From Hyaloraphidium curvatum SAG 235-1 (Eukaryota > Fungi > Monoblepharomycota): a DNA stretch of 64,000 nucleotides. Below, piece after piece: positions 1-12,900 of this stretch. Positions within the stretch are counted from its first letter, which is position 1; each line of letters starts with the position of its first letter. The DNA lies in the NCBI GenBank assembly GCA_025558095.1, contig JAIVFI010000024.1, positions 496,001-560,000 on the forward strand, given 5' to 3'. Below the pieces are notes generated by a model. The model did not search any database, was not told the origin of the DNA, and saw only the letters and a list, made by a program, of their open reading frames with translations. Position numbers and translations under genes: made by a program.

Positions 1-2095
1 CTCTTGAGCGACGTGGCGGACAAACAGTGCGAGCGTCGAGAAGAGGTTCTGCCTCTTCGCCGGCCCTTCTACAACCCTGGTGCCATGCAGAACGAGATTG
101 AACTGCGGAGGTGCTCGGGAGGATTGCCGTATTTGCACCGAACGCGTGGGATCTGGGCAAACGACCGGGTGGGTCAGCGTCTCCCGCCGCGAACATCCTG
201 CACAACTCACCGGGCTTGCCGTCCGGGGGAACGAAGAACTTGCTTGTGAAGGGTGTTAGGCTCGTCACGGCAATACCGGCCATCTGGATCTGAATATCCA
301 GAAACGTGAGGAGGCAATGGAGCACGAGCTGCACGCGAGACGCGGTGTGAGGCACACACGATCCCAAGAACAGCACTCATGCAAACCTCTGCATCCGTCG
401 GCCGTTGCCGGGTCCACTCTTCCCCTCCGAATGCACCGCCCCCGTCCCACCGGAAGGCAGAGAGCATGCTACCGACGGCCAAATCGCGAATGCGCGCGAC
501 AATGTAGTCCCGTGAGAAACGTGAGAACGTTTCGGTCGCAGGAAGGGTCAGGTACAGCTCCAGCAGCAGCCGCTTTCGCACGATAGGGTCGTTCGGCCTT
601 GCGGTGTAGAGGGCGCCCAAGCTCCCAGGTTTCTGCGCCGGCTGTTGCGAAGCCGTGGATTGGAAAAAGCCGCCAAACGCCGAGGGTTTCGGCTGGAAGA
701 GAGAAGTTGCCAAAGAAGGTGCCGGGGGCGGGGCGGCGTTCGGGGCAAGCATCTTGAGCCCGCCCTTGTTCAGGTCCACAATCCCCAAAAGATCGAGCGC
801 AGGATAGGCCAGGTACGCGCTCCTCGTGGTCAAATGTGCCAGGCCCTCGGCCTCGAGCGACGTGTCCACCTCGTTGATGACGGCGGCAAGGGGCTCAAAA
901 ATCATGGTCGACAGCCACCGCCGCATGCGCTCGATAGCCTCGTCCGACACGTCCGGTCCAGCGCCGAGGTCACGCGCGGCATCCACCGCCCCGGCAGAGG
1001 CCACGTGATAGTGGAGCGCAGGAGATGGAGGCGTCGTGCGACCGCCCAGGGGTGTAGACAAGAGGGGAGGTTGCGGCAAAGAAGGAGAGAAGAAGGTACC
1101 GTTGGCAGCCGGGCCCGGTTGGATCATCGACGGCCCCTGCGGCGACTGCAAAGGGCTGGTGAAGGAAGACGTGAACGCCGGCGCAACAGGCGACGAAACT
1201 TGGGCTGACGACCCGAGGGTGCTCGAGGGCGAGAAGAGGATGGGATCTGCCACTAGTTCGTCAGAGTGCCGAATGGATGGTTGCGATGTGCCTTACGGGC
1301 GCGAACGTAGCTCGCTTCCGGTGAAGAGAGCGTAGAGGCCTGTTGGAGCACACGTTCCAGCGCTGAAGTATGCAGAGAGGAATCGGTAAGTGGGCAGCTT
1401 GGACGGGCAAGCTTGGGCAACCGACCTCTCCCGTCCCGTACAGGTTCGCTGTTCGTGCCCATCCTGAGCAAATAATTGCTCAGCGGAGATATGGGGCTGA
1501 ACTGATCCGTTGCCATCGAGTTCGCCAGGGGCGTCGGCGTGTGCGGAATCTGCGCCGGCATCGCGGATGTCGGCGACGAGAGGGGCATCCGCGGCGGCGA
1601 CATCATAATGGCATCAACTTCCATGGTCACGGGCGTTCCGGCCCGGCTACCAGGAGGTGCCGCGGGCGTCGAAGCCAACTGCCTCTTTGCCTCCTCTGCC
1701 TTTCTCGCTGCCTCGGCCGCTGCCCAAGTCCTAAAGTCAGGGAGAGGTTTCGCAGCCCGTCCCTTGAGCAGCGGCGGCACGAGGTTGGACCCAAAAAGCA
1801 CACATGCGGCGAGGACGAGGTATGAAAGGAAGGAAAACGCCCCAGCGAACTGTAGACCAATCCAAGCGCCGGTCGCGACCACGAGGGCCGCACCGTTCGC
1901 CCAGGCAGCCGCTCTGTCCTCGTCCGTGACTGTCTGGGCTCTGACCAGGGCGTCATATTGATCCCAAAGGCGCCCAGACTGCTCGGCACGGGCCAACGGG
2001 CTCGTGGCCTGCGAGAGCGGCCGCGAGAAGGATCTCGGGGTTCCCAGCACCGCGGTCCCGCCCGTCGACGGGCTCAACAGGCCTGTTCCGTTCAT
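1..2095 (-). CDS. TMEM209: TMEM209-like nuclear envelope protein (multi-exon, 3' end runs off the window)
   Basis: Two N-terminal TM segments and an S/P-rich middle. Spliced motif YIVARIRDLAVGSMLSAFRWDGGG..W...PTDAE|LVLHCLLTFLD and C-terminal PPQFNLV..RQNLFSTLALF match the TMEM209 family. GT-AG introns at ~1363-1425 and ~1253-1296, plus two more near 330-386 and 155-210. Confidence 0.8.
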
Positions 2096-2698
2096 TTCCG
2101 CGGGGCAGAAGCTTCCAAAACGCCCCGGGGAAAGTGCCGGCCGGCAGGTACCGCGTCGATGCGTTCAAAACCGTCCGAGAACACGACCACCAGGCCAGGT
2201 CGCGGGCCTAGATGACTTTCCGCGACTTTAGAACGCGGCAACGACCCTCGGCATTTAGATTCGGTCGCGTCAGTCCGGGCGGGCAGGTGTGTGTGATCAG
2301 TCGGGCGGGCCGCGCTTGGCGCGCTCAAAGCGCCGCGAACTCCGCCCTGCCATTTGAATTGGGCGTCAACAACGGAGCCGACCGAAGAGCGGTGCGACTG
2401 CATAGGGCACTGTGCGGCTCCATAACTCGCTAGGCTCCGTGCATTTCCGTTCCCGCCGCGCAAGGTGCAGGCCGACTGCCCCGGCCACGCCGCTCGCGCC
2501 AGGCATTGATCAACCCGCACCGTTCTCTCCCCCGCGGACGGCGCCGGCCAAAACCGGGTGTCGTAACGATCGTGGCATTAACCACCACTTTTGGCCTGCG
2601 CACGCTTCCGCGGGGCACCTTGCCGTCGCCGACCCTGGTCGCTCGCTACCTGTCAGCAGCGGCTCCAAGCTTCAGTGACCCTTGCGACTCCGACAAAC

Positions 2699-4773
2699 AT
2701 GGCCAACAGTACCACGGCCGTCGACCTGCGAGAGTCGCTGTCATGCCTCGAGTTTTCCTACTCGTTCCTGCAGGCAGAGTGCATTGCCCGGCGCACCACC
2801 TGCGTCGACTGCGGAACCCCTTGGGGCTGCCTGCCCAGGTCCTTGCTCTCGCCAGGGACCGCGGGCGGCTTTGCTTGCCCTGTCCGTGAGTGACCTTTGG
2901 CCTACCTCGGAACTGTGCTGGAACCAAGTCTGACACCGGCTTGACATGACAGCATGCAGCCCGTCGACGTCCAGCCAATGTGCCTTGCTCATGGTCACCG
3001 ACCCCACGAAGCCTGTTTTCCCGACCGATATGCGCTGCATTTTTGGGACGGCCGGAGGTTGGTCCCTCGCTCTTGTTGTCCCTCGGCGCTGATCAGCTTG
3101 ACACACCTTTCAGGAGCCGTCGACTGTCGAATCAACTGTCAGGTGCACGGACCCGGCTCTTGCTCGGGTGGTGTGCCCTGCGGGCAGCCAGCGATGTCGG
3201 GTGAAACCGTCTCGCCGAGCTACCTGGGCTGGTGGGAGTGCGGGCCCACTTGCCTCGACCAGATCCGAGCTCTCGGCCTTTGCACCAGTGAGTTCCCGAA
3301 AGCCTGCAAGCCGTTCGAACGGACCTGATCGGTCACCTCCTAACGTCAGTCTCTGCATTCAACGCAACGGTCATGGGAGGGGTTCCAGTTGCGTCCTCCA
3401 CCACAGTCACGGCCAAAAGCACCGCTGCTGCTACATCGTCCGTATCGAAACAGTCGTCTGGCTCCTCCAATGTGTCACGTAAGGCAACCGCCACATCTGC
3501 GGGCGTCTCCACGACCTCAACCACTTCTTTTGCTGTTCCCACGACCACATCGACGCTGAACTCCACGGCTGTCGGAATCAACACAGCTTCGCCATCCCAG
3601 GGGTCCTCCAACACCTGGGTGATCCTCGGAGCTACGATCGGGTGCATCGCCGCAGCCATCGCAATCGCGGTCGGCCTGTTTGTGTTCACGCGTCGGTCCA
3701 AGAACAAGAAAGCCGCTGGGGCAAACGACGACTTTTCGGACGGCCGGCCGCTCAAGCGTGATGCTTCGCACGACATGGTGGAGCTCACCGATTCCGGGCG
3801 CATGGAAGCGGAGCCCGAGAACGCGACGACGATTGCGGCCGCGGGTGTCGGCGCCAGCGTGCCCTCTGCCGATTACCTGCCTCCGCTGCCTGCTCCGGTC
3901 AACCGCCCGCCTTCGATCTGGGACCCCGACTTTTTGCCCGTCCCGCCGGCGCGAAAGCCTTCCGTGACCACCGCACCGCCGAGCCGGGGAACGGTCGAAA
4001 GCAGCCAGGGACCGATCAAGCCCAATGCATCGAGCAAAGCTGCCACCGGCCCTTTGCTGCTTGTTCCTCGGTCGGCTTCCGTTCCGACGATCGCGGACGA
4101 ATCTCTGCCGAGGCCCAAACCGGCCATTGTGGCACCTGTAGCTGCCGCAAACCTCTCGCGGAGCAGCTCCGCTCACCTGCTGGCCGCGGACGGGGCTTCG
4201 CTCTACGCACAGAGCGAAGCCGAGTCGGTCGGGGGCATGAATGCGTATCGCACTGTCACGACATCCAAGCCCGACATCGAGCGCATCTTGGCCAATGTTG
4301 GCGACGATGCAGATGAACAGGAGCTCGAGTTCGGCCTTTCCAGGTACTCGAGCCTGGGATCGGCAAGCATCGCCGAACTGCATCGTTACATGCTGGAGGA
4401 AGCGCAGGCGGCTGCCCCTGCGGACGAACCCACCCGGCCAGCGACGCCTCCCCAGCTGGCTCTCCCTTCGCTCAACAGCGTTCGCAATTCGATTCATTCA
4501 ACGGACCAGGGCCCGGTGCAGGAGCTTCCCCGCGCGGACCTTGCGAATCTCGCGGCTTCCCCGATCAATCGCTTGGGCATCACCCCGGCTCCCAAGCCCT
4601 CGATGATCTTGCCCTCTTTTCCATCGGTCAGGCAGCAGACTCTGAATGCAGCGAAGGCCACTGGGACTGTCGCTCCCGCTTCTGGAACAGGAGAGGTGCA
4701 GAGCTCGGGTTATCGTCTACCTTCCTGGTACGCGGAATCGGATTCGTACAAGTCCCAACAACGCGACCCATAG
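2699..4773 (+). CDS. Single-pass membrane protein: Cys-rich N-terminal region, Ser/Thr-rich stalk, TM helix, Pro-rich cytoplasmic tail
   Basis: Introns 2886-2952, 3058-3112 and 3288-3349 join the frames cleanly into the 3373-4773 ORF. TM helix WVILGATIGCIAAAIAIAVGLFVF is followed by a basic stop-transfer RRSKNKK. Start codon uncertain. Confidence 0.7.
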
Positions 4774-4852
4774 ATTTATGCTCGTGCGAAGCTTCCCGGA
4801 GCGTCAAAGTAGATTGCAAATAAGTGTAGAAGCTTACATCCATCAGTCGCGG

Positions 4853-6024
4853 TTACTCTGCCTTCTTGGCCTCCAGATCGATCAGCTTCTCGGTGATCTC
4901 GTGGTCGCGCGAGTCGAACTCGTCGCTCTCGTTCTGGTACACGACCGGCCCACCGCCTCCCTTGGCAGCCTCCCTGCGCTTCTTCTCGAATCCACGCCAC
5001 TTCATCGTGATCCAGAAGGTCCAGATGAAGTTGAGCGAGCCCATCAAGGTCACGTTTGTCACGGTGAGCAGCTTGACCATGAACGGCATCTCCTTGAAGC
5101 GCTCCAGGAACGGTCTCACTCCGCCAACGTTTCCAAAGGCATAGTACAGCGTGTAAGGGAAGACCCAAACACGGAAAACGAAGAAGGAGAGGGCGCGCGT
5201 GAAGAGTGTCGCCGACAGCAGCTTCACCGCACGGGGATCGGAAGAGATGTGCGCAGAGCGCGAGGAAAACGAGGTGGCCTGGGGCACTGGCGGCGCGGTA
5301 GACGAGGTAGACGCGGCGCCCTTCGTGGCGCTCTTGGCCGCTATGCCGTCGGCGTTGGCCCGTCGCGGCGCGTATTCGGCAAGGTATAGGGGGTAGATCT
5401 TCTGGACATACCACAGCATGTTGGTGGTAAAGGCGGTGAGCTCCGTCTGCGTGAAGCAGGTCGGTGAGAGTCTGGGCGGGAACGAGGCCTCAAAAAACTC
5501 ACCAGTCCGAAAAAGACGGGGAAGTAGACCAGCTGCCGGTGGGTCAGAATGGTCAGCGCTCCGCTGATGCCCATGGCATGGTGAAGCCACATGGTCCAAT
5601 GCTCTCCTCCCTGTAGATGCATGACGATGGCATCGCTGCACGAGCCGCGATGAATTGTCGTCCCTCGGATCCGGGTGTCAACCCACTAGAGAACGTAGCC
5701 AAGGTAGTTCGAGAACATGTCGTCCACGAGCGGCGGGTACGCGTCAAAGACGGCGCCCGGCGGGCGGAACGCCTGGTCCCGGAAGCAGACGAGGATGCTG
5801 GACACCGACAGCATGACCGAGTTGGCGGTCGAGCAGACCTTCTCGTCCATGTGCAGGCGGTCCTTTCGGCTCAGCCGGTCCACCACGCGGCTCCCAAATA
5901 GCCGGACGAAAACGCGATCCGCCGCGTAGTGCAGAGTCCACATTCCTACGAAGGCTCCGGCGATGCGCGGCAAGTTGATTTCGGCGAGGGACGCCAGCGC
6001 CCTGGACATTAGGTCCGCGGCCAT
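4853..6024 (-). CDS. TLC (TRAM/LAG1/CLN8) domain membrane protein, TMEM56/TLCD4-like
   Basis: Spliced reading GYVLYDAIVMH..WLHH...FFGL|TELT..TNMLW...FFVFRVW...LNFIWT matches TLC motifs; two GT-AG introns. Confidence 0.85.
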
Positions 6025-6999
6025 CCTCAGCAACAAATCGTGCCAAAAGTGACTTCAGTAGGGCGCGCAGCGCGCAGGTCCGCCAGAGCCCGGACGGAAG
6101 ATGTTGTGGCGGCTGGCGACCGCCGCCGGGGTCAAAACCCCGCCGACCTCGCCGAAGCAGACGTGGGTGAACGAATAAGAAGGGGAGTATTTGACGAACC
6201 GATCGGTCTGTTGATGCTATGGTACAGATGTCTCTAGTCTGGGTATCGTCCGAGTCCGTCGACTTGACTCCCTGTCTCGATCGCACGGTCCGGGGGTGAC
6301 CACACCCCGGACAGCGCGACCGAAGTAGGAGATCCGCCGCCGTACTCCTTACCTTGAACCGCGCTTCCCCAGCCTCAGCTTGTCGAAAAGCTTCCGGTAC
6401 CACTTGCGCTTGACCTCGGGCTCGGGCGCCTGCGAGACGTCCCCCGGGAGCGGATGCGAGTCCGAGATCGGGATACGGGGCCTACCTGGCAGTGCTCTCG
6501 AAAGGCCGCGCTCCGATCAGGCCGCTGAGCGAGCCGCCGCTCCTGGAGGACGACGAGGCGGAGGAGGGCAAGGACGAGGCGGCGATCGACGGGGAAACGG
6601 AGCGCGCCGAGTCGGGCGCCACAACCGTAGCCATGCAACGTTCGAAGGGCATTTGGCGGCGTGATCGGCTCCCCGCGGGAAAGGCCGATCTTCGAGTGCC
6701 TTCTCGTGTTTACATTCGCACCGAATTGATTGCGTGCTGCGCAGCGCCAGGTTGATGATTGGCGGCGCGGGAAGACCCCGGCATTCAGGGACTTCCGCGC
6801 CGCGATCGCAAACCCGGCCTCTGATCCACTCTTCCAGCAGCGATTGGCTGCGAGAGAGGGGAGCGTGGGAGGAGCGGAGCAGCATCCATCGCTGCATTCG
6901 GCGTTCGGAGAACTTCCAGTGCGGAGCAGTCGCCGCTTCGCACGGCCGTCCCCCACGGACGTGGCCGCAAGTGTCGACCCCCCAGTTCAGTAACACAGA

Positions 7000-9900
7000 A
7001 TGTCGTCGTCTGGCGTGGGTTTGCTTTTCTCGGCAGTTATATTTCACCACGCTCACGCGCCCCTGACCGGAATCGTGCCCTGCTCGCGATTCCCATCTCC
7101 CTCGCGGTCGCTCCCACCCGCTCGGACCCTGATCCCGCTGCGATGCAACGATGCAACCCGCAGTGGTTCTCCTCGATCTTCGGGTCAGGGTCGACCGCCG
7201 ACGCCAGCAAGGAGGCCGCCGAGGCCGTCGAATCGGCGGCCAACGAGGCCATCGAGGCGGTCGAGTCCGCCCTCAAGGGCACGGCGTCCCCGGCCCTCAA
7301 GGACGCCGCTGCCGCGGTGGACAAGGCGCTCTCCGAGGCCAAGAACTCGCCGAGCAGCGCGTCGCCAACCAGCGCCAGCAGGGGCTGGTTCAGTTTCGGT
7401 GCGTTGTCTCTCCTTCGCTGCGTGCATCGGTTGACCCGCACTCCCAGGTTCCGGAACGAAGGCAACTTTGACCTCTATCACGGTTCCCAACTGGGCATCC
7501 AAATGGGTCCCCGGAAAGCCAGTCGAGGTGGCCTGGACAGGCACAGGGCTCGAAGGAAACACGGTCCGCATTGAGCTGTGGAAGGACATACCGCTCCTGC
7601 CCGACGTGCTGATCGGCGTGCTCGAGGACGGCCACGACGCCGCGTCCCTCAAGTGGAATGGCCTGGTCGAGGTCGAAATTCCTCCCGGTGAGGTCTACTA
7701 CGTCGTCGTCTCCGTCGAAGGGAGCCCGCAGGTCAGGGTCCAGAGTGCCGATTTCGAGATCAAGGCCGCCGCCAGCGGCGAGACGGCTTCCGGAGAGTTC
7801 GAGGAGATCGTCGCAGAGGACCTACCTCCCGTCGATGCGGCGCAAGAGCCCGTCGCTGCGGCGTCGACCAGGTCGCTGGAAGCCGCTCCGGCTGCCGCCG
7901 CACAGCCTGCGGGCACCGACGGGTCGCCCGTTGCCGCCGATGAGGACGATGTCCAGCTTGGGACGGCCGTGGGCTCCAAGATCGGAGGATACGCCAGCGA
8001 CGGCCGTGAGTGCGTCGTCGGAAACTGGTGACGCATCGCATGCTTACTCCGGTTGCAGCCGCCATCGTCATTCATCGCCCGAACAAGCGGAGCGTGCTCC
8101 GCAACACCATCAAGGTCCGCTGGAGCTCGAGCAACGTCGATCCGGAGACGCCCCTTCGGCTTACCTTGTGGGACGATCTGCCGTGGCTCCCGGACGTTCG
8201 CTTGGCCACGTTCTCGGCCACGCCTCTCACTGTGGGCACTGGTGAATGCACATGGGTTCTGCCCCAGGGCATCGTTGCGTCGTCGCACAAGCGCTACTAC
8301 GTTCTGGCCGAAACGATCGGAAACCCCGAGGGCGACGTGCGGACGCAGTCGGTGGCTTTCCCAGGCCCCAAGACCGACGGAAACGTGCAGGAATCGGCCT
8401 TAGCGCCGGCTGCCGAGGCTGCACCCACCGTGCGAACGAGTGGTGAGATCTCTGTGCAGCTCCTAAACATCTGGCGACGCTAACCGCACGTGCAGCGGCA
8501 TCCAAAACCGACGCTGCCGTGCCTGAGGAAGTGTCAAAGACGCTCGATGCTCCGACTGCGGATACGGCCGCTGGCAAGGACAAGGAGGCCATCGCCGGCG
8601 AGGAGACGGAGACCCTCATCAGCACCGTGCAAGACACCGTCCAGGGCACCCTGCGCTCCCTTGCGTCCCTGTTCAGCTTCGGCGGCAGCCCGTCACCCGC
8701 AACGGACGCTCCCGTCGGCGAATGGGATCCCCAGGCCGTGGCGGTCGGCGACGAATTGCCTGGCTGGGTGAAAGCCATTCGGTCTCTGCCGGACGACATC
8801 AAGGCGAGCGAGCTGCCCGACTGGACCGACCTGATCGCTTCCGACGGCGACATCCCGGCCGAGCTGCTCAAGGCATCGGGCGAGGACCTGCAGCCGTGGA
8901 TTGCTGCATTGCGTAGTCTTCCCGAACCAAGGAAGAGCGCGCTCCCGGACTGGGCGGCATCTGTGTCGAAGAATATCTCCCCGGCTGCCAAGAAGAAGAT
9001 CGTCGAGGCCATCAAGGACACGCTGCCCGACATCATCGAGGAAGCCGCAGCCGAGGCGGCCGAGGAGACTCAAGCGAAGGCCGAGATCGAGGCAGCGCCG
9101 AAAAGCAGGTCCCTGCCCCAAGCTGAAGGCGGGGAGGAAGAGTTCTCCGAGGACGAGGACGGCGAGGAAGCCGCCGACGACGAAGTCTACTGGGCTCACG
9201 CCATGGAGCTTCCCAACCTCGCCGAGAACCCCGAGAGCCTCGCACCGTGGGCCAAGAGAGTCAGGGCTGCGATGCCTCCGGACGTGCAAGAGGCGCTGGA
9301 CGAGCTCGCCAAGCTGGCCGAGGAGAACTCCCAGGTCGACGAGGACGGCGACGGGGTCCCTGATTACATTCAACGTGCCCAGGAGCTCCCGGCGTTGAAG
9401 GGACCCGGGGACGTGCCGTTGTTCATTTCCAAAGCTCGCGCTATGGCCCAGGCGCTCCCTGGGAAGGCGAAGCAGGTTCCTGCGGACGTGAAGCCCGAAG
9501 AAACCGACCGTCTCATCGAAGCTCTCGACGGAGCGCTCGGCGGCCTGTTCGCTGAGCAGGAGGTATGTGACACGTGCCGAACTTCCAAACAACAGCTGAC
9601 CGAATCCAGCCAACGCAGAAGCAGAGTGCACCGGAAACAGCCGCTCTGGCTTCTGCATCGTCGCAGCCGCCGTCCTCCATCAAGCCTGACCCCAGTACGT
9701 GTTGCAGTACGAACTCACACGTGCAGTACGTGACGGACTTTCTGCTTCAGGCCTCGTCCAGCCCGTGCGGGGCGTCATTCTCGGGACCGCAGAAGAGCCC
9801 GAGAGGACCCAAGTGGACGCTCCTTCTGGAACCGAAGCCAAGCCGGGTCCGGAGAACATTAAGCCACGGTCTGGAGGCGTCGCTCCTGCAGAGATTTTCG

Positions 9901-12900
9901 AGGAGGAATCTGCGGAAAGCGACGTGCCAATCAAAGCTGGCGACCCCGGAACGGTCAAGACCGGAGGAGCTCCTGCTGCCGTGAGTAGACCCGAGCCGGT
10001 CCGCAACCCACCCGTATTGACCTCGCGTCAATTCAGTCTCGGGGAGCCCCTGCGACCGATGTTGCAGCAGCCGAGAAAGCTCTTGAGAAAGCAGAAGAAG
10101 CTTCAGCAAAGGTCTTTGATGACTTCGCCACGGACCTCGCCGCGTCGGTTGGCGACGCGCTAGCCGAAGCGGGCGCTGGCACGGACGATGCGATGGGAGA
10201 GCTCGCAGCCGCAGCCAAGGAAGACGTGCAGGACGGCATGGACGAGATCGCGGACGAGGTCGCGAAGGCGGGGGAGGCGCCGGGTGATGCCGCCGCCGGA
10301 GCCGAAAAGCCGGTTGGTGACGGCGCTGCCGCTGCCGAAAAAGCCCTCGGCGATGCCGCCGCTGAAGCGGAGAAGGCCCTAAGTGACATCGCCGCCGAGG
10401 CGGACAAGGTTCTGGGAGACGCTTCTGCGGGCGCGGAGAAAGTTCTCGGCGATGTGGCTCCTGCTGCTGAGAAAGCCTTCGGCGACGCCGCCGCTGGAGC
10501 CGAGAAGGCCCTAAGAGACATCGCCCCGGAGGCGGACAAGGCGTCTGGACCCGCTGCGGGCGCGGAGAAAGCTTTCGGCGACAGTGGCGCTACTCCCGTT
10601 GCCGTTGCAGAGGGCGCCCTCGCCAAAGCCGAGGCTGCCGAAGACAAGGAGCTCGACAAGGCCGCCGATGCGATCGCCGACGCGGTCGGGGATGCGCTCG
10701 TCAACGCCGAGGCTGGCGCCGAAAAGGCGCTGGACGACCTTGCCGCAGCCGCCAGCGCCGACGTTGCCGCTGGAGTGGACGCCGCCGGCCCCGAGATTAC
10801 CCGGCAGGACATTAAGGCTCCCGCGATCGCCGTCGCCGCCGCTCTTCCCGCCGTCGCCGCCGCTCTTCCCGCCGTCGCCGCCGCTCTTCCCGCCGTCGCC
10901 GCCGCGGTTGCCCTTCCCAAGGCTGCCGCCGTGCCGGCGGTCGAGGGCGTGCTCCCGAAGGGCGAGCTCACGCTGCCGCAAATCCCCGGCGTGGACCTCA
11001 AGGGAGTCGAGGCCGCCCTCGGCGACCTGAAAGCCGCGATCCCCGAGGCCGAGCTGGGCAAGCTGGAAGCTGCGCTGAAGGACATTGGCAAACCCGACTT
11101 CAAGCTGCCCGAGATCGCCGGCGTGGACCTGAAGGTGTGGTTGCCCAATAGCTTCGCTGAAGCTTCTCTAATGCGCTTCACATAGGGCCTGGAGACCGCG
11201 GTCAAGGACCTGAAGCTTCCCGATGCGCCGGCGCTGGATGCCGTTGTCGAGGAGGTCGTTGGCGAGGTCGACGTGCCTCTCAAGGCCCCCGAGATCAGCA
11301 CCGCGGCTCCCCAGGTGCCCAAGATCGATGCGGCGCTTCCTGACGCGCCCAAGCTTGAAGCCGCGCTGCCGGACGTGCCAAAGCTCGACGCCGCGCTGCC
11401 CGACGCGCCCAAACTCGATGCCGCGCTGCCCGATGTGCCAAAACTCGACGCTGCGCTTCCTGATGCGCCCAAGCTCGACGCTGCGCTTCCGACCCTCGCT
11501 GCCGCCGTGCCGGCGGTCGAGGGCGTGCTCCCGAAGGGCGAGCTCACGCTGCCGCAAATCCCCGGCGTGGACCTCAAGGGAGTCGAGGCCGCCCTCGGCG
11601 ACCTGAAAGCCGCGATCCCCGAGGCCGAGCTGGGCAAGCTGGAAGCTGCGCTGAAGGACATTGGCAAACCCGACTTCAAGCTGCCCGAGATCGCCGGCGT
11701 GGACCTGAAGGTGTGGTTGCCCAATAGCTTCGCTGAAGCTTCTCTAATGCGCTTCGCATAGGGCCTGGAGACCGCGGTCAAGGACCTGAAGCTTCCCGAT
11801 GCGCCGGCGCTGGATGCCGTTGTCGAGGAGGTCGTTGGCGAGGTCGACGTGCCTCTCAAGGCCCCCGAGATCAGCACCGCGGCTCCCCAGGTGCCCAAGA
11901 TCGATGCGGCGCTTCCTGACGCGCCCAAGCTCGACGCTGCGCTTCCGACCCTCGCTGCCGCCGGGCCGGCGGTCGAGGGCGTGCTCCCGAAGGGCGAGCT
12001 CACGCTGCCGGAAATCCCCGGCGTGGACCTCAAGGGAGTCGAGGCCGCCCTCGGCGACCTGAAAGCCGCGATCCCCGAGGCCGAGCTGGGCAAGCTGGAA
12101 GCTGCGCTGAAAGACATTGGCAAACCCGACTTCAAGCTGCCCGAGATCGCCGGCGTGGACCTGAAGGTGTGGTTGCCCAATAGCTTCGCTGAAGCTTCTC
12201 TAATGCGCTTCGCATAGGGCCTGGAGACCGCGGTCAAGGACCTGAAGCTTCCCGATGCGCCGGCGCTGGATGCCGTTGTCGAGGAGGTCGTTGGCGAGGT
12301 CGACGTGCCTCTCAAGGCCCCCGAGATCAGCACCGCGGCTCCCCAGGTGCCCAACATCGATGCGGCGCTTCCTGACGCGCCCAAGCTCGACGCTGCGCTT
12401 CCGACCCTCGCTGCCGCCGGGCCGGCGGTCGAGGGCGTGCTCCCGAAGGGCGAGCTCACGCTGCCGGAAATCCCCGGCGTGGACCTCAAGGGAGTCGAGG
12501 CCGCCCTCGGCGACCTGAAAGCCGCGATCCCCGAGGCCGAGCTGGGCAAGCTGGAAGCTGCGCTGAAGGACATTGGCAAACCCGACTTCAAGCTGCCCGA
12601 GATCGCCGGCGTGGACCTGAAGGTGTGGTTGCCCAATAGCTTCGCTGAAGCTTCTCTAATGCGCTTCGCATAGGGCCTGGAGACCGCGGTCAAGGACCTG
12701 AAGCTTCCCGATGCGCCGGCGCTGGATGCCGTTGTCGAGGAGGTCGTTGGCGAGGTCGACGTGCCTCTCAAGGCCCCCGAGATCAGCACCGCGGCTCCCC
12801 AGGTGCCCAAGATCGATGCGGCGCTTCCTGACGCGCCCAAGCTCGACGCTGCGCTTCCGACCCTCGCTGCCGCCGGGCCGGCGGTCGAGGGCGTGCTCCC

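Noticed and set aside
6225-6634. Possible small Ser-rich minus-strand gene
   Set aside because: Coding-like patches and donor-like sites exist, but no single convincing exon chain or family could be built.
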